A stretch of DNA of 64,000 bases, taken from the NCBI GenBank assembly GCA_031416075.1, contig JANOSY010000045.1:32001-96000 (forward strand), given 5' to 3'. The translations under genes and the position numbers were made by a program. The notes below the pieces were generated by a model that saw nothing but the letters and a program-made list of their open reading frames with translations, was not told the DNA's origin and ran no database searches. Source of the stretch: Candidatus Tenderia sp. (GTDB lineage Bacteria; Pseudomonadota; Gammaproteobacteria; Tenderiales; Tenderiaceae). Positions 50,801-59,965 of this stretch are shown here, piece by piece. Within the stretch, counting starts at the first letter, position 1; each line of letters opens with the position of its first letter.

Positions 50801-53800
50801 GGCTCACTATTAAAACGCCAGATCTGTTTCTTGCCCGCAGTCTTATCGCGCGCCGCAAAATCCCACGCCTTGGATACAGTTAGATCACCCGCGCTGTAGA
50901 TGTCCACACCCGGTTGAAGATGGAAACGGGAATCACCTGCCATATTCAGATTCGTAGCGATATCCGCCGCATGTGTCATGTATATCTTGGTGTCGGCAAA
51001 GATCTGATTCTGCAGCGCCGAATCAACCTCAGTCGCTTCATAGCTGCGGAATGCCTGAACTGCAATCGATTCCGCGCCACGAATAGTACCGTCCAATGAA
51101 CTCACCGCGACGCCAGCGCCTACTCGTGGTGCACGAATCTCCACCTTGCCACCTACATATTGCAACGCAGCATCTTCGCCCGAACGGGTACCGGAGACAT
51201 CGATCACCGAAGCATCCGCTTCATTTTCTGCATCAACAGCTATAACACCGTCGGTGGTGGCAAGGATGACGTGACCACCAGCCTCATCGGAACCCGTCGC
51301 CCGTGCATCGATACGAGTGGTTCCATACAAATGTACGTCGTCTTTTGCTTGCAGCACTATTTCACCGCCTTTTTCGGCGGCAGAATTGATATGACCGTGT
51401 ATCTCGATCGCACCATCATCAGCGCTAAAACGCACCTGCCGCGCATTGACAGAATCGTCCTCGGCAATTATCAGATCCCCATGGCGCTGACGCAACTTGC
51501 GTTCACCACCAAAACCGCTCTCATTGAGCTTGCGATTGAGCGTCGAGAAATCGGCGACTGAGCCAAGATCAAGTTTGACGATACCTTGATCGGCGCCGTT
51601 TTCATCGTGTGCATCCACACTACCTTTCAGGATCAACTCACCCGACGCTGCGGATACATTCAACGTTCCTGCATCTGCACCTGCCACGCCCTTCAGTAAA
51701 ATAGTAGCGCCAGAATCCAGAATCACATCACCATCAACACTGTGCAATGTTATGGCTCCAGCAGGTGTTGCGACCGTCATGTCGGAAAACTGTTCGATTC
51801 TGCCGCTGACATCAATTGCCGCACCAGCGATCAGATGAACATCTCCCTTATTAGCCTTCAACCTGAGATCCCCAGACGGAAGTTGAACCGAAGTGCCAAA
51901 GGTGACATCACTGCCTTCAAAGCTCAGGCGCGCACCGAGACCGGCGGGCTCAACCTTCTGAGGGGAGGCCAACGCCAACACCTCCAGCTTGCCGCGCGCG
52001 CTGATAGCGCTATCCGAACCTGATTCGGCGGTGATCACTGCTGTCCGCAACCTCAAATCACCATCAACGTTCAGCGTCTTATCACCGTCATTACTCCGGT
52101 CTACGGTGCCTGCAACTCGTACTTGGCGCCGTGCGGATATATCTGCCGATGCAAAACCATCTATTTTGAACTCCCCCGCACCCAGTAATAAATCATCCGT
52201 CGTCACATCCAGATGAGCCGCATCGGTTGCCGTACTATCACTGGTACTCGCCACATTCTTCAGTTCAAGGATATCAGCCACAATACTGGCAGTGGTTGCT
52301 TCCGTACCATGTCCCACCAGCCCGGCCGCCGCCAGTGTCAGCTGTTTCATGTTCAGATTGACATTGCCGTATAAATCCACCGTTTCACGGCTATTTAATG
52401 TCAGTTGATCCATCTGCAAACTACTGAGTTGTTCCTGCGTCAATACCAGACCCGATGTGCCGACAGGTGCATCGCCAAGGCTGATGTGCTTGGCGCCCAG
52501 ACTCAGATTTCCACCGTGCATGTCCAGTGTTCCGCTCATCACGGTATCGTGGCTCGACTCCAGGAACATCGACTGCGCTGCACCAAGCGTGGCGCCGACA
52601 TCTATCAGCAGATCTCCTTTTACACCCTGTGCATCAATGCGCTGCGCCTTCAGCGGTGCACCTGCTGAAATCTGCAACAGGGCACCATCACCATGAAGCG
52701 TGTAATTGACACCGGCAGCTGCGCCCTTACCGCTTGCCACCAATTTCGTGCCTGACTCCACTTTGGTTTCATCACTCGCAGCAAGCAGTAACTCAGGAAC
52801 AGTGATCTGCGCACCTGATTTCACGGTTACTTTGGTCGCTGTCGTGACCAACTCCACCGCATCACCGCTCTCCATGCGATGACCACCCAAGAGGATGCTC
52901 TCTGCGCCGAGTGAGTTAAGATTAGCAACTGTCACTTGCACTGTGCCATCATCCGCACCGCGCTGCGACACAATGGTCAGTTTCTCGGCCTCCAGATCGA
53001 CGCGTGCGCCCCGGCCATGATCAGCATTTGCGCGTAACTCACCATCCAGCTGCAATTCATCTGTGACACTGATCGCCACGCGGCCAGCATCTTGCGGCAA
53101 TAGCGGCACCGGCTGTTTGGCCGCGATAGCGTGGCGTGCAATAAAGTCATTGGCAAAACTATCCTGATATTCGCTACGGGTACGGGCAATCGCACCTGGC
53201 GCCACGGTGTAACCTGACCAACGCGACTCGCGGATATCAGTGCCTGCCACGGTACGATAACCGCCAACCAGAATACTGCTATCGGTTTGTCTCACTGCGA
53301 GATCGGAACCAAAATCCTGTGTGCCTGCCTGCTTCGTCACCAGATAGGCACCCGGCAATAGCGCATAACGCGCCGGTAACAACAGATAGTCGCCCTCAGC
53401 CAACCCGCTGCCTGCAGCAAGGTGAATACTATCGCCAGGTTTTATATCAGTTCCGCCAAACTCCAACGGATCATAGGGACCATAACCGCGCAGCCACGGT
53501 AAAACGGCATAGGTATTGTCAGAATTTTTCGGATCCAATACGTCGTGTGAACCACCAGGACCAGCTACAAACTGGTAAGCGTAGAGATCACCGCCACCGG
53601 AAACATCGATGGTTGCACCCGCTTGCTGCACTACCGAAGGCGCCTGCAAACTTAAATTCTGTGCAGGAAGTGTAGAGTTCTGACCAAACACCCGCTGCCC
53701 CCTGTCAGCTACTGGATAAATCCAATCCAGGCCATTTTCTGTTCTACCAAAGGGGATGGTCTCTCCACTGGCCGAAGTCGAGGTCAAACTTCCTTTCGCC

Positions 53801-56800
53801 AGCACCAGAGTATCAGCGGCAATCATCTGAATGTCGCCAAACGGCGCCTTCACTACGCCACCTTGATAGATGTTGTCAGCCTTCATGATTAGATTGGAGC
53901 CCGCCGACAATACCGGAGCCGGGTCAGCCGCTGCTACGGGAAGCACACTCAAATTGCCGTCGGAACGGGTTACCTCAATGCTGTACTGCGTTAAGGTGGA
54001 GGGATAGAGCTGAGCCGCGCTTAGCTCAAGATTGCCGAAACTGTTAAGACTCCCGCGCCACTCGTTGCCATTACCAAGCGGCAACAAACCACGCATCCGG
54101 ATATCACCCTCACTGTTGAGACTCGCTTGCTGCCATCCTTGCAGAGTTACATTGCCAATGAGATCGATATGTTGTGCCTCGATTTCGAGCTGACCATCCG
54201 CCCCATTCGACTCTGGCTGCACCGCATCGGCCGCACCGCTGTCGGCCAAAGCCACATACGCCGCCGCAATCCTGGAATCACCTCCGACGTTGTTCAATAG
54301 CGGAGCATCGAAGACGACACTGCGTTTGAGGTCAATGTTCACATGATCAAGATTGATCTGGCCACTTATTCGCGCCCCGTCCCGGTTCAACACCATATCA
54401 CTGGCACGCAAGGTAAGACTGTCAAAACCACCGTCTTCTACTGCGTTTGCGCTCACTACTGCCTGGCCATTCATTGTTCCCGGCAGCGCTGTGCCGGGTT
54501 TCCACTTCGCAGGAAGCGCAACGCCCTGAGCCGCCAACGTAATCACTCGCGGACCTGTTGGAAAATCCAGATAGGGTTGCGGCGGCGTCAATAGGGGATT
54601 GCCACGCTTAAGTGCATCCAATGCCACAGATAACTCTCCGCCCACCGCACCTGAACCACCGGCATGACCGGTGAGCGTTCCAGAAAGCACCATACCTTCT
54701 GCAGCCGTCAACCGGATCGCACCGGCGTTACTGGCGATTGTCTGTAATGTTCCGTTGATGGCAGAACCCTGTGACCGCACCAGCAACTCTGCTGCCGTGC
54801 CAGACACATCAAGGAGTGAACCCACGTCAGTAACGATATAGCCATTATCAGCTGTCACATTGATCTGACCACCGGATAAAACTTCACCCATGTTCAGATC
54901 AAGTGTGTTGGGCATCAGCTCTACAACGCCTTGCGCTAGCAGGCGCGCCTGAGAACCCAAATGGATTGCAAGCTCAGGATGGTAGTAAATGTCTTCAGGA
55001 AAGATTGTTTTTGGGAGGGAGACTTGCAGATCAATCTCCCCGGCGGGTGCCGACAACACACCGTTGATATCGACACCATGATCGGAGGACAAGCTCAGCT
55101 TAGCGCCGCTATCGGCCTCGATCCGCGCCCCCGCCTCAATCTCAAAATGCGCGGGGGTAAAGTTAAACGCCGCTGTCTGACTCAAATTCAAGCTCAAGTC
55201 GACAGGACGGCGTCGGTCATCCGGCAACATCACTGCCGAACTGAACTCGGAAATGTCGGAACCAGTCGCGCGGCGTAAATAATCACCCTCCAGCATCAAG
55301 GTCGATGCTCGCGGCTGCACCACGGTATCAGCTGCGACAATGATGCCGCCCAGATTGGAAGTGAGCGTATAACTACTAAAACCGCCTTGCTGGAAGAATT
55401 CAGGTGTCCGCAGCAATTCACCAGGAAGATCACTACCAGACTGACCGATGCGCAAGGTATTCGTTTCGATACTCAGCGTGCCGCCCTTGCCAGCGGCGTA
55501 GGCATGGATATCACCCCCCAACTCCATTTCCGCTCCTGCCTCCAAGGAGACCCGGCTCAGCAATGAAATATCGCCGCCATTGCCCGCAGACAACTTGCCC
55601 TTCGCATCAACAAAGGCGCCACCATCTGCTTCGATGACGCTGCCGGAGGCCAGCTTCAGATCACCTTGTGCATTCAATGCGACCGCCCCGCCGTTTATCA
55701 ACAACGGCTCTGTGCCAGGGATAACATTGGTCAAAGAGTAATCGTTTACCCATACACCGCTGACATCAATATACGAGCGTTCACCCATGGTGATCGGTCG
55801 ATTGACAACATCCTTGGTCTGAATAGTGGCCAAAGAGACTCTACCTGCCGGTACAGTGATGCTGCCGTCAATACTAACCCCGGAACCGCTAACCTTGAAT
55901 TCGCCTCCCGCCGGAAGGTTTATGGTCGTTCCTTCAGGTATGTCCACCGAACCGTTGTGATTCAATATCAAACGACCGACGCCACCCTCTTGCAACAAAC
56001 GGGGATCGATCGTAATGCTTTTACTTGGATCAAGTGCTGTCTCTGGGTCATATGCTTCAGCTGATGCGTGGGCAAATTTCACCGTGGCAGGATCGTACTT
56101 TAATCCGCCTTGGCCCAACTTCACGAGATCCAAATTCAGGGTTCCCAATTCAGGCGAACGCTTCGGATTACGCTGATAGTTACCATACGTAACACCCGCC
56201 AGTACATCGCCCTCCAAACGCAACGCGCTTGAAGTGACATTGAAGGTTCCGGCTGACCTACCCTCGGTATATTTATCTTCGTAATATCCTTGCGCAACGG
56301 GACCAGCGATAGTCCATGCCTGCTTCATGCCCCACTTGGCATCCGTGCGCGTATATTCACCGAGAACACCGTCATAAATCAGATTCGGATCAGCATCGCT
56401 GATATCATAAATTTTGCTATCGGAAACCAGTTTGGTGGTGTTCATCCAACCAGCGTCATAATTCACTTTGCCGCCGGAGATATCCACCTTCGACTCGGGC
56501 GCCATAACGAAATCGCCTTCCGAAGCGACATTCACTGTTCCACCCACCGCGAGGCGCTCACCCACATCGCGTTTGATCTTGGCAAGTTCGCCGGAAATAT
56601 CAGCGATTGGAATTTCCTTGCGAATATCGATGATCACCTTCTTGCCACGCAACACGCCATCACGCTGCAGGGGAGAGTCCTTGAGTTCGTTGGAGAACAG
56701 TTCTAGCTGGATCTCGTTACGATCCATCGCCAGTTCCGTGCTGGTTGTACCGCCAACATCGATCAGGGTTCCCGATTCCATGATCACACGACTGCCGTTC

Positions 56801-58020
56801 CTCTCGGTATTGGCTACAGCGGCATCGCCAGGATTCGCTGTCGCTGTCAAATTCACATTGCCACCTGGCACCACAAGCTGCGCCCTCTCGCTCAGCAGAA
56901 TCTCCTTCGCCACCACGTCCACCTGCGAAAGCGCCTGCTTCTGCTGATCCACAGCGGTGGCTCTATCATCCAGTTCCGGCAACACCTCAGTGCGGCTCCC
57001 CGCACCAAACGTTACCCGAGCTGCCTGACCATCTCGCTCAGTGGATATCCCTTTCAATACATATTTATTTGTATCGAGCGTAGGTTCCCCCTGCGCATGA
57101 GCAATCAGACGGATCGAACCATTATTGTTGACCGTGGTGGTTGCGGAGACGAGCCCATCCTGATTGACAGCAAATCCCATCATGGTGATATTGCCGCGCT
57201 TGGCCAAGATCTCACCCAGGTTGCGTACATCGCCACCGGTCCCCACCTCCACCAGCAGACCGCGCAGATTTGGATCGTCGGATCGCTGCAACCAGACCTT
57301 GTCCTGGCTGGCGGCAAGAATCGTCTGCCCGTCAGGTGTTTCGATTTTGCCGCTATTTTCGATCACCGGCGCCAGGATCATGATACGGCCACCATCGACA
57401 CTGCGCAGCTCGGCACCGGTCTCGATCCGGACCGACCCCATCGGCCCCTCGGCAACGAAGGCGGCCTTCCCCTGATTCACCTCCTGCAAAATACCGGTAT
57501 CAGTGAAAACATTGTCGTCGATGTTCAAGGTCGACACTGTCAGTGAATTCACATCAACCCTAGCCCCCGGACCAAACAGCATGCCGTTGCGATTGATGAG
57601 AAAGACCTGGCCGTTGGCGCTCAACGCCCCCTGGATGTTGCTGGGATCGGCCTGATAGATCCGGTTCAGCGCCACCGACCCGGCATCAGGCTGGTTGAAC
57701 TGCACCTTGTTACCGGCGCTGATGTTGAAGCTCTGCCAGTTGAGGATCGCCTTGTCGCTCTGCTGATTCACATAAAGCGTGCTGCCGTTGCTTGCCAGTG
57801 AAGCCTGGCCGGAGCTGATCCAGCCATTGGCGCCGCCCATGGTCGAACAGCCGGTGGTGCAGGGGATTGGCAGTTCAGAACGCACCGGCAGATCGGCGCG
57901 CGCCGGAGTTGCCGCAACAAGCGCCCCGCCCAGCGTCAACAATCGGATATAGAGACCTAAACCACGCAACACCGCATTTAAGTTTTTGACTCTCTTGCGA
58001 CCTAATCTCAATCCAAACAT
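47815..58020 (-). CDS. Giant filamentous-haemagglutinin-family TpsA (3401 aa, DUF3739-type C-terminus, PdtA-like)
   Basis: TPS domain LNWQSFNI...LNRI...NGQVFLINRNG; internal LLPARYALLPGA; C-terminal NQSRVF...GNIDAGRGAKS...VEVLGFG. Confidence 0.9.
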   Translation of the reverse strand: MFGLRLGRKRVKNLNAVLRGLGLYIRLLTLGGALVAATPARADLPVRSELPIPCTTGCSTMGGANGWISSGQASLASNGSTLYVNQQSDKAILNWQSFNISAGNKVQFNQPDAGSVALNRIYQADPSNIQGALSANGQVFLINRNGMLFGPGARVDVNSLTVSTLNIDDNVFTDTGILQEVNQGKAAFVAEGPMGSVRIETGAELRSVDGGRIMILAPVIENSGKIETPDGQTILAASQDKVWLQRSDDPNLRGLLVEVGTGGDVRNLGEILAKRGNITMMGFAVNQDGLVSATTTVNNNGSIRLIAHAQGEPTLDTNKYVLKGISTERDGQAARVTFGAGSRTEVLPELDDRATAVDQQKQALSQVDVVAKEILLSERAQLVVPGGNVNLTATANPGDAAVANTERNGSRVIMESGTLIDVGGTTSTELAMDRNEIQLELFSNELKDSPLQRDGVLRGKKVIIDIRKEIPIADISGELAKIKRDVGERLAVGGTVNVASEGDFVMAPESKVDISGGKVNYDAGWMNTTKLVSDSKIYDISDADPNLIYDGVLGEYTRTDAKWGMKQAWTIAGPVAQGYYEDKYTEGRSAGTFNVTSSALRLEGDVLAGVTYGNYQRNPKRSPELGTLNLDLVKLGQGGLKYDPATVKFAHASAEAYDPETALDPSKSITIDPRLLQEGGVGRLILNHNGSVDIPEGTTINLPAGGEFKVSGSGVSIDGSITVPAGRVSLATIQTKDVVNRPITMGERSYIDVSGVWVNDYSLTNVIPGTEPLLINGGAVALNAQGDLKLASGSVIEADGGAFVDAKGKLSAGNGGDISLLSRVSLEAGAEMELGGDIHAYAAGKGGTLSIETNTLRIGQSGSDLPGELLRTPEFFQQGGFSSYTLTSNLGGIIVAADTVVQPRASTLMLEGDYLRRATGSDISEFSSAVMLPDDRRRPVDLSLNLSQTAAFNFTPAHFEIEAGARIEADSGAKLSLSSDHGVDINGVLSAPAGEIDLQVSLPKTIFPEDIYYHPELAIHLGSQARLLAQGVVELMPNTLDLNMGEVLSGGQINVTADNGYIVTDVGSLLDVSGTAAELLVRSQGSAINGTLQTIASNAGAIRLTAAEGMVLSGTLTGHAGGSGAVGGELSVALDALKRGNPLLTPPQPYLDFPTGPRVITLAAQGVALPAKWKPGTALPGTMNGQAVVSANAVEDGGFDSLTLRASDMVLNRDGARISGQINLDHVNIDLKRSVVFDAPLLNNVGGDSRIAAAYVALADSGAADAVQPESNGADGQLEIEAQHIDLIGNVTLQGWQQASLNSEGDIRMRGLLPLGNGNEWRGSLNSFGNLELSAAQLYPSTLTQYSIEVTRSDGNLSVLPVAAADPAPVLSAGSNLIMKADNIYQGGVVKAPFGDIQMIAADTLVLAKGSLTSTSASGETIPFGRTENGLDWIYPVADRGQRVFGQNSTLPAQNLSLQAPSVVQQAGATIDVSGGGDLYAYQFVAGPGGSHDVLDPKNSDNTYAVLPWLRGYGPYDPLEFGGTDIKPGDSIHLAAGSGLAEGDYLLLPARYALLPGAYLVTKQAGTQDFGSDLAVRQTDSSILVGGYRTVAGTDIRESRWSGYTVAPGAIARTRSEYQDSFANDFIARHAIAAKQPVPLLPQDAGRVAISVTDELQLDGELRANADHGRGARVDLEAEKLTIVSQRGADDGTVQVTVANLNSLGAESILLGGHRMESGDAVELVTTATKVTVKSGAQITVPELLLAASDETKVESGTKLVASGKGAAAGVNYTLHGDGALLQISAGAPLKAQRIDAQGVKGDLLIDVGATLGAAQSMFLESSHDTVMSGTLDMHGGNLSLGAKHISLGDAPVGTSGLVLTQEQLSSLQMDQLTLNSRETVDLYGNVNLNMKQLTLAAAGLVGHGTEATTASIVADILELKNVASTSDSTATDAAHLDVTTDDLLLGAGEFKIDGFASADISARRQVRVAGTVDRSNDGDKTLNVDGDLRLRTAVITAESGSDSAISARGKLEVLALASPQKVEPAGLGARLSFEGSDVTFGTSVQLPSGDLRLKANKGDVHLIAGAAIDVSGRIEQFSDMTVATPAGAITLHSVDGDVILDSGATILLKGVAGADAGTLNVSAASGELILKGSVDAHDENGADQGIVKLDLGSVADFSTLNRKLNESGFGGERKLRQRHGDLIIAEDDSVNARQVRFSADDGAIEIHGHINSAAEKGGEIVLQAKDDVHLYGTTRIDARATGSDEAGGHVILATTDGVIAVDAENEADASVIDVSGTRSGEDAALQYVGGKVEIRAPRVGAGVAVSSLDGTIRGAESIAVQAFRSYEATEVDSALQNQIFADTKIYMTHAADIATNLNMAGDSRFHLQPGVDIYSAGDLTVSKAWDFAARDKTAGKKQIWRFNSEPGMLMLRAAGKLNFDAGLSDGIETGIIRATASNGSGPVKNNSVNGRLLDSASWSYQLTGGSDLGSADMGAVVKGEGGVVLAEGVQVRTGSGNISVASGGVLNFSGEGSSIFSAGQSGGYGTLPLSWVPGIFTGVYPVRGGEVNLQIAGDILSADSTQFINDWLFRMGNFGSDGNLPTAWSVNFKDKSNNDMFKQNIAAFGGGDVTIDAGGSIKQLSVVAPGTGQPQGTPANGSFSAGFLDNEVRFLGGGNLNVKAGGDINGGTFYVDGGAGRLRSGGALNLDDSGVGAILALGRGRYDVLARNGMNIETVLNPTALPPSSKQAQSRGQLQSFFFTYGPDSGIKLDSLAGDITLRNETSALTDGYPGISFQGDESTAVTVYPGDLEVSALRGSIYIDKSFKLFPSPHGSLSLLADEDIKTETNEAVAIKMSDTDLELLPSIANPAKTFADAATRLDGSSSVLAHKDDGAPVNIVARKGSIESAGGGQSILIFELPKQASIVAGQDIRDLQLHLQNLTDEDVTLLQAGRDIMFSSRRDADGSLITNASAGIELAGPGELNLVAGRDVDLGTSEGVVAIGNTRNLLLTETGANVTVEAGISKALDYVAYLTHYAQLDGNSRSEVATAMRRVTGNQEISDNNVFAALDSLSQEAQRKIALMHFYGGLSQSAREAATGGNGAGYQRGYDAIATLFGDGMYKGDVRLYFSRIHTVDGGDINMVVPGGLINAGLAATNGFHKEPSELGIVAQRSGDVNIYLDKDMLVNQSRVFALDGGDIVIWSQHGNIDAGRGAKSAIAAPPPIITFDETGKMKLEFPAAIAGSGIRTAVSTKGREPGSTTLAAPRGVVNASDAGIDSAGALVVAATAVLGAGNISAGGESVGVPSIEPPSVPAGLANAGNSASNASSGGEDLAAAAKSTTPLADSALAFLEVEVLGFGGASTAGVAGAMSPSDVAAGDDENKKSREQGKGSRLAKESDDVLPKAAEGEKPAGRVATTHAQ

Positions 58021-58056
58021 GGCAAGCTCCTCTCCACTGCGCGTGCTGTAAGCACT

Positions 58057-59640
58057 TTAGAATTCATAACGGGTGTTGAAATGAAAACGCGCATCACTGC
58101 GCTTGATGCTGCCCGCATCTTCCAGAGGCGAGGCCCAGTCGAGGGCGACAATAATATTTTTGGCGGCCACCAGCCGGGCACCGACGCCCGCGCTGGCCAG
58201 ATGCTGTCTGGCTGTTTCAGAGGGAAGCGGATCCTGGCGCTTCAACCAGGCGCTGTCGGCAAACAGCAGCAGTTGCAAATCGTTGAGCCACGGCCAGCTG
58301 GCCGGGAGCAACGGCGGGCTGCGCAGCTCCAGGTTGGCCAGCAGCGCATCGTCACCCATCGCCTGCGATTCGGGATAACCGCGCACCGTGTCGACGCCAC
58401 CGGCATTGAACTGTTCGTTACTGATCAAGGGTGAATCACTCAGCTGCGCGCCCAGATGGAGACGCCAGGTGCTCTTCATGAAGCCCGCGTGCAGCCGTTC
58501 GACATCGACATTTAAATGGCTGAAATTGGCCTTGGCATTAAACCGTTTGTTGCGGAACTCCTCCTCACTGTTGCCGAAGATGCGCAGACCAAACGAGCCA
58601 CCCAGCGAATAACTGGTCGAGCCCTGCCCATCCTGCTGACGGCGGTTGAATTTCGCCTGGCCGACGGCATAACTGATCGGTGTCGAAATACCGTTGCCAT
58701 CGGGCAGCAGCACCTCCTGGCGTTGATCCTTGTATTGAACCCCGAGCGAGAGTCCCTGGCTCACCCGTTTCACCGCCGGTAACTGCCGCTGCCAGGTGAC
58801 GCCATAGATATCACCGTTGCCGAGCACGCCCAGAGTACCGAGCGCCGCCGAGTGACTCACCGAGTGCACGGCGGAAAAATTCCAGCGCGCCTGCTCCACC
58901 GGGATGGAGTAACCCAGCACCCAGACCCGCACCTCTTCCCACTGCTGCGGCGAGGCCTGATAGTTCAGCGATGCAGTGTGATGGCGCTGCCACAGATTGG
59001 CGTAACTCAGCCCCGCCTCCATGCGCAGATGAGAACTACCGAGCGTGTAGCGGTCATTGAAACCGAGGCTGCCATGCAGCGGCGAGTGATCCTCGACCTT
59101 CAGTTCAGCCTCCATCGTGCCGGGCTCGATACCGGGGCGAAATACAGGATTGAGGGTGCGGTCCGGCGCCACGGCGCTGGCCGCCGCCAGCTGCGCTTGT
59201 AGTGTCGGCAGATGCAAAGGAGAGCCCGGTTGCAGTGCCGGAATCTCATCACGCAGATCGCGCGGTGAAAAATAGCGTGCGCCGGTGACGCGGAAACGTT
59301 CGATCTTGCTCTCAACCACCTGCAGGCGGATCACACCATCGTTCGCCTCCTGCTCAGGAATGTTCACCAGCACGGCGGCATAACCTGCATCACGATAGGC
59401 CTGCTCCAGATCACGCTTCGCTGCCTCGACATCGGCCAGGCTTTTGTTACTGCCCAGAAATGGGTAGACCACATTTTCCACCGAGGCGCGCGGCAACAGC
59501 GTCGCCCCCTCCACCTGAAACTCCCAGACATCAAAACGTGGCTCAGCCGCTGCTGGCGGCACCTCGTTCGCCTGCACAGCACCGCACCAACACACCAGCA
59601 CCACCACAACAGAACGCTTCATTGCAGATCCAAAACTCAT
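58057..59640 (-). CDS. ShlB/FhaC/HecB-family TpsB transporter (PdtB-like)
   Basis: POTRA FDVWEFQVEG...YRDAGY; GGVDTVRGY loop-6 motif; terminal aromatic residue (YEF). Confidence 0.92.
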   Translation of the reverse strand: MSFGSAMKRSVVVVLVCWCGAVQANEVPPAAAEPRFDVWEFQVEGATLLPRASVENVVYPFLGSNKSLADVEAAKRDLEQAYRDAGYAAVLVNIPEQEANDGVIRLQVVESKIERFRVTGARYFSPRDLRDEIPALQPGSPLHLPTLQAQLAAASAVAPDRTLNPVFRPGIEPGTMEAELKVEDHSPLHGSLGFNDRYTLGSSHLRMEAGLSYANLWQRHHTASLNYQASPQQWEEVRVWVLGYSIPVEQARWNFSAVHSVSHSAALGTLGVLGNGDIYGVTWQRQLPAVKRVSQGLSLGVQYKDQRQEVLLPDGNGISTPISYAVGQAKFNRRQQDGQGSTSYSLGGSFGLRIFGNSEEEFRNKRFNAKANFSHLNVDVERLHAGFMKSTWRLHLGAQLSDSPLISNEQFNAGGVDTVRGYPESQAMGDDALLANLELRSPPLLPASWPWLNDLQLLLFADSAWLKRQDPLPSETARQHLASAGVGARLVAAKNIIVALDWASPLEDAGSIKRSDARFHFNTRYEF

Positions 59641-59718
59641 GTGAAATCCAACCTCGACACAATTCACAGACGGCCTGAAAAAAATCAGCACAGACCCAGT
59701 AAAAACCTCAAGACGGGC

Positions 59719-59763
59719 ATTATGCGCGACACGTATTACATGGCAGTTACATCTCTGTTACAC
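59719..59763 (-). promoter_or_regulatory. Triple PhoB/OmpR-type direct repeat plus -10 for tpsB-tpsA
   Basis: GTGTAAC-AGAG-ATGTAAC-TGCC-ATGTAAT, 10 bp, CATAAT. Confidence 0.65.
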
Positions 59764-59910
59764 AAAAAAGAGGGGGGCTGATTCAGACCAACAGCGGAGC
59801 TGTTAAATTCAGCATGGAATAGGAGACAAGAAGCATCATTCTGGCAAAGTTCCAGTCTTCACCGCGATGAGCAGAGGAGGCAATGGCAAATGAAGTTGAG
59901 GACACCTGAA

Positions 59911-59946
59911 AATAAAAAAGCAGCGGCGCCACAAGTGCGCCGCTGC
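59911..59946 (-). terminator. Rho-independent terminator
   Basis: GCAGCGGCGC-ACTTGTG-GCGCCGCTGC followed by TTTTTT, just after the 59966 stop. Confidence 0.85.
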
Positions 59947-59965
59947 CAGTTACAGTCTCAGAAAA

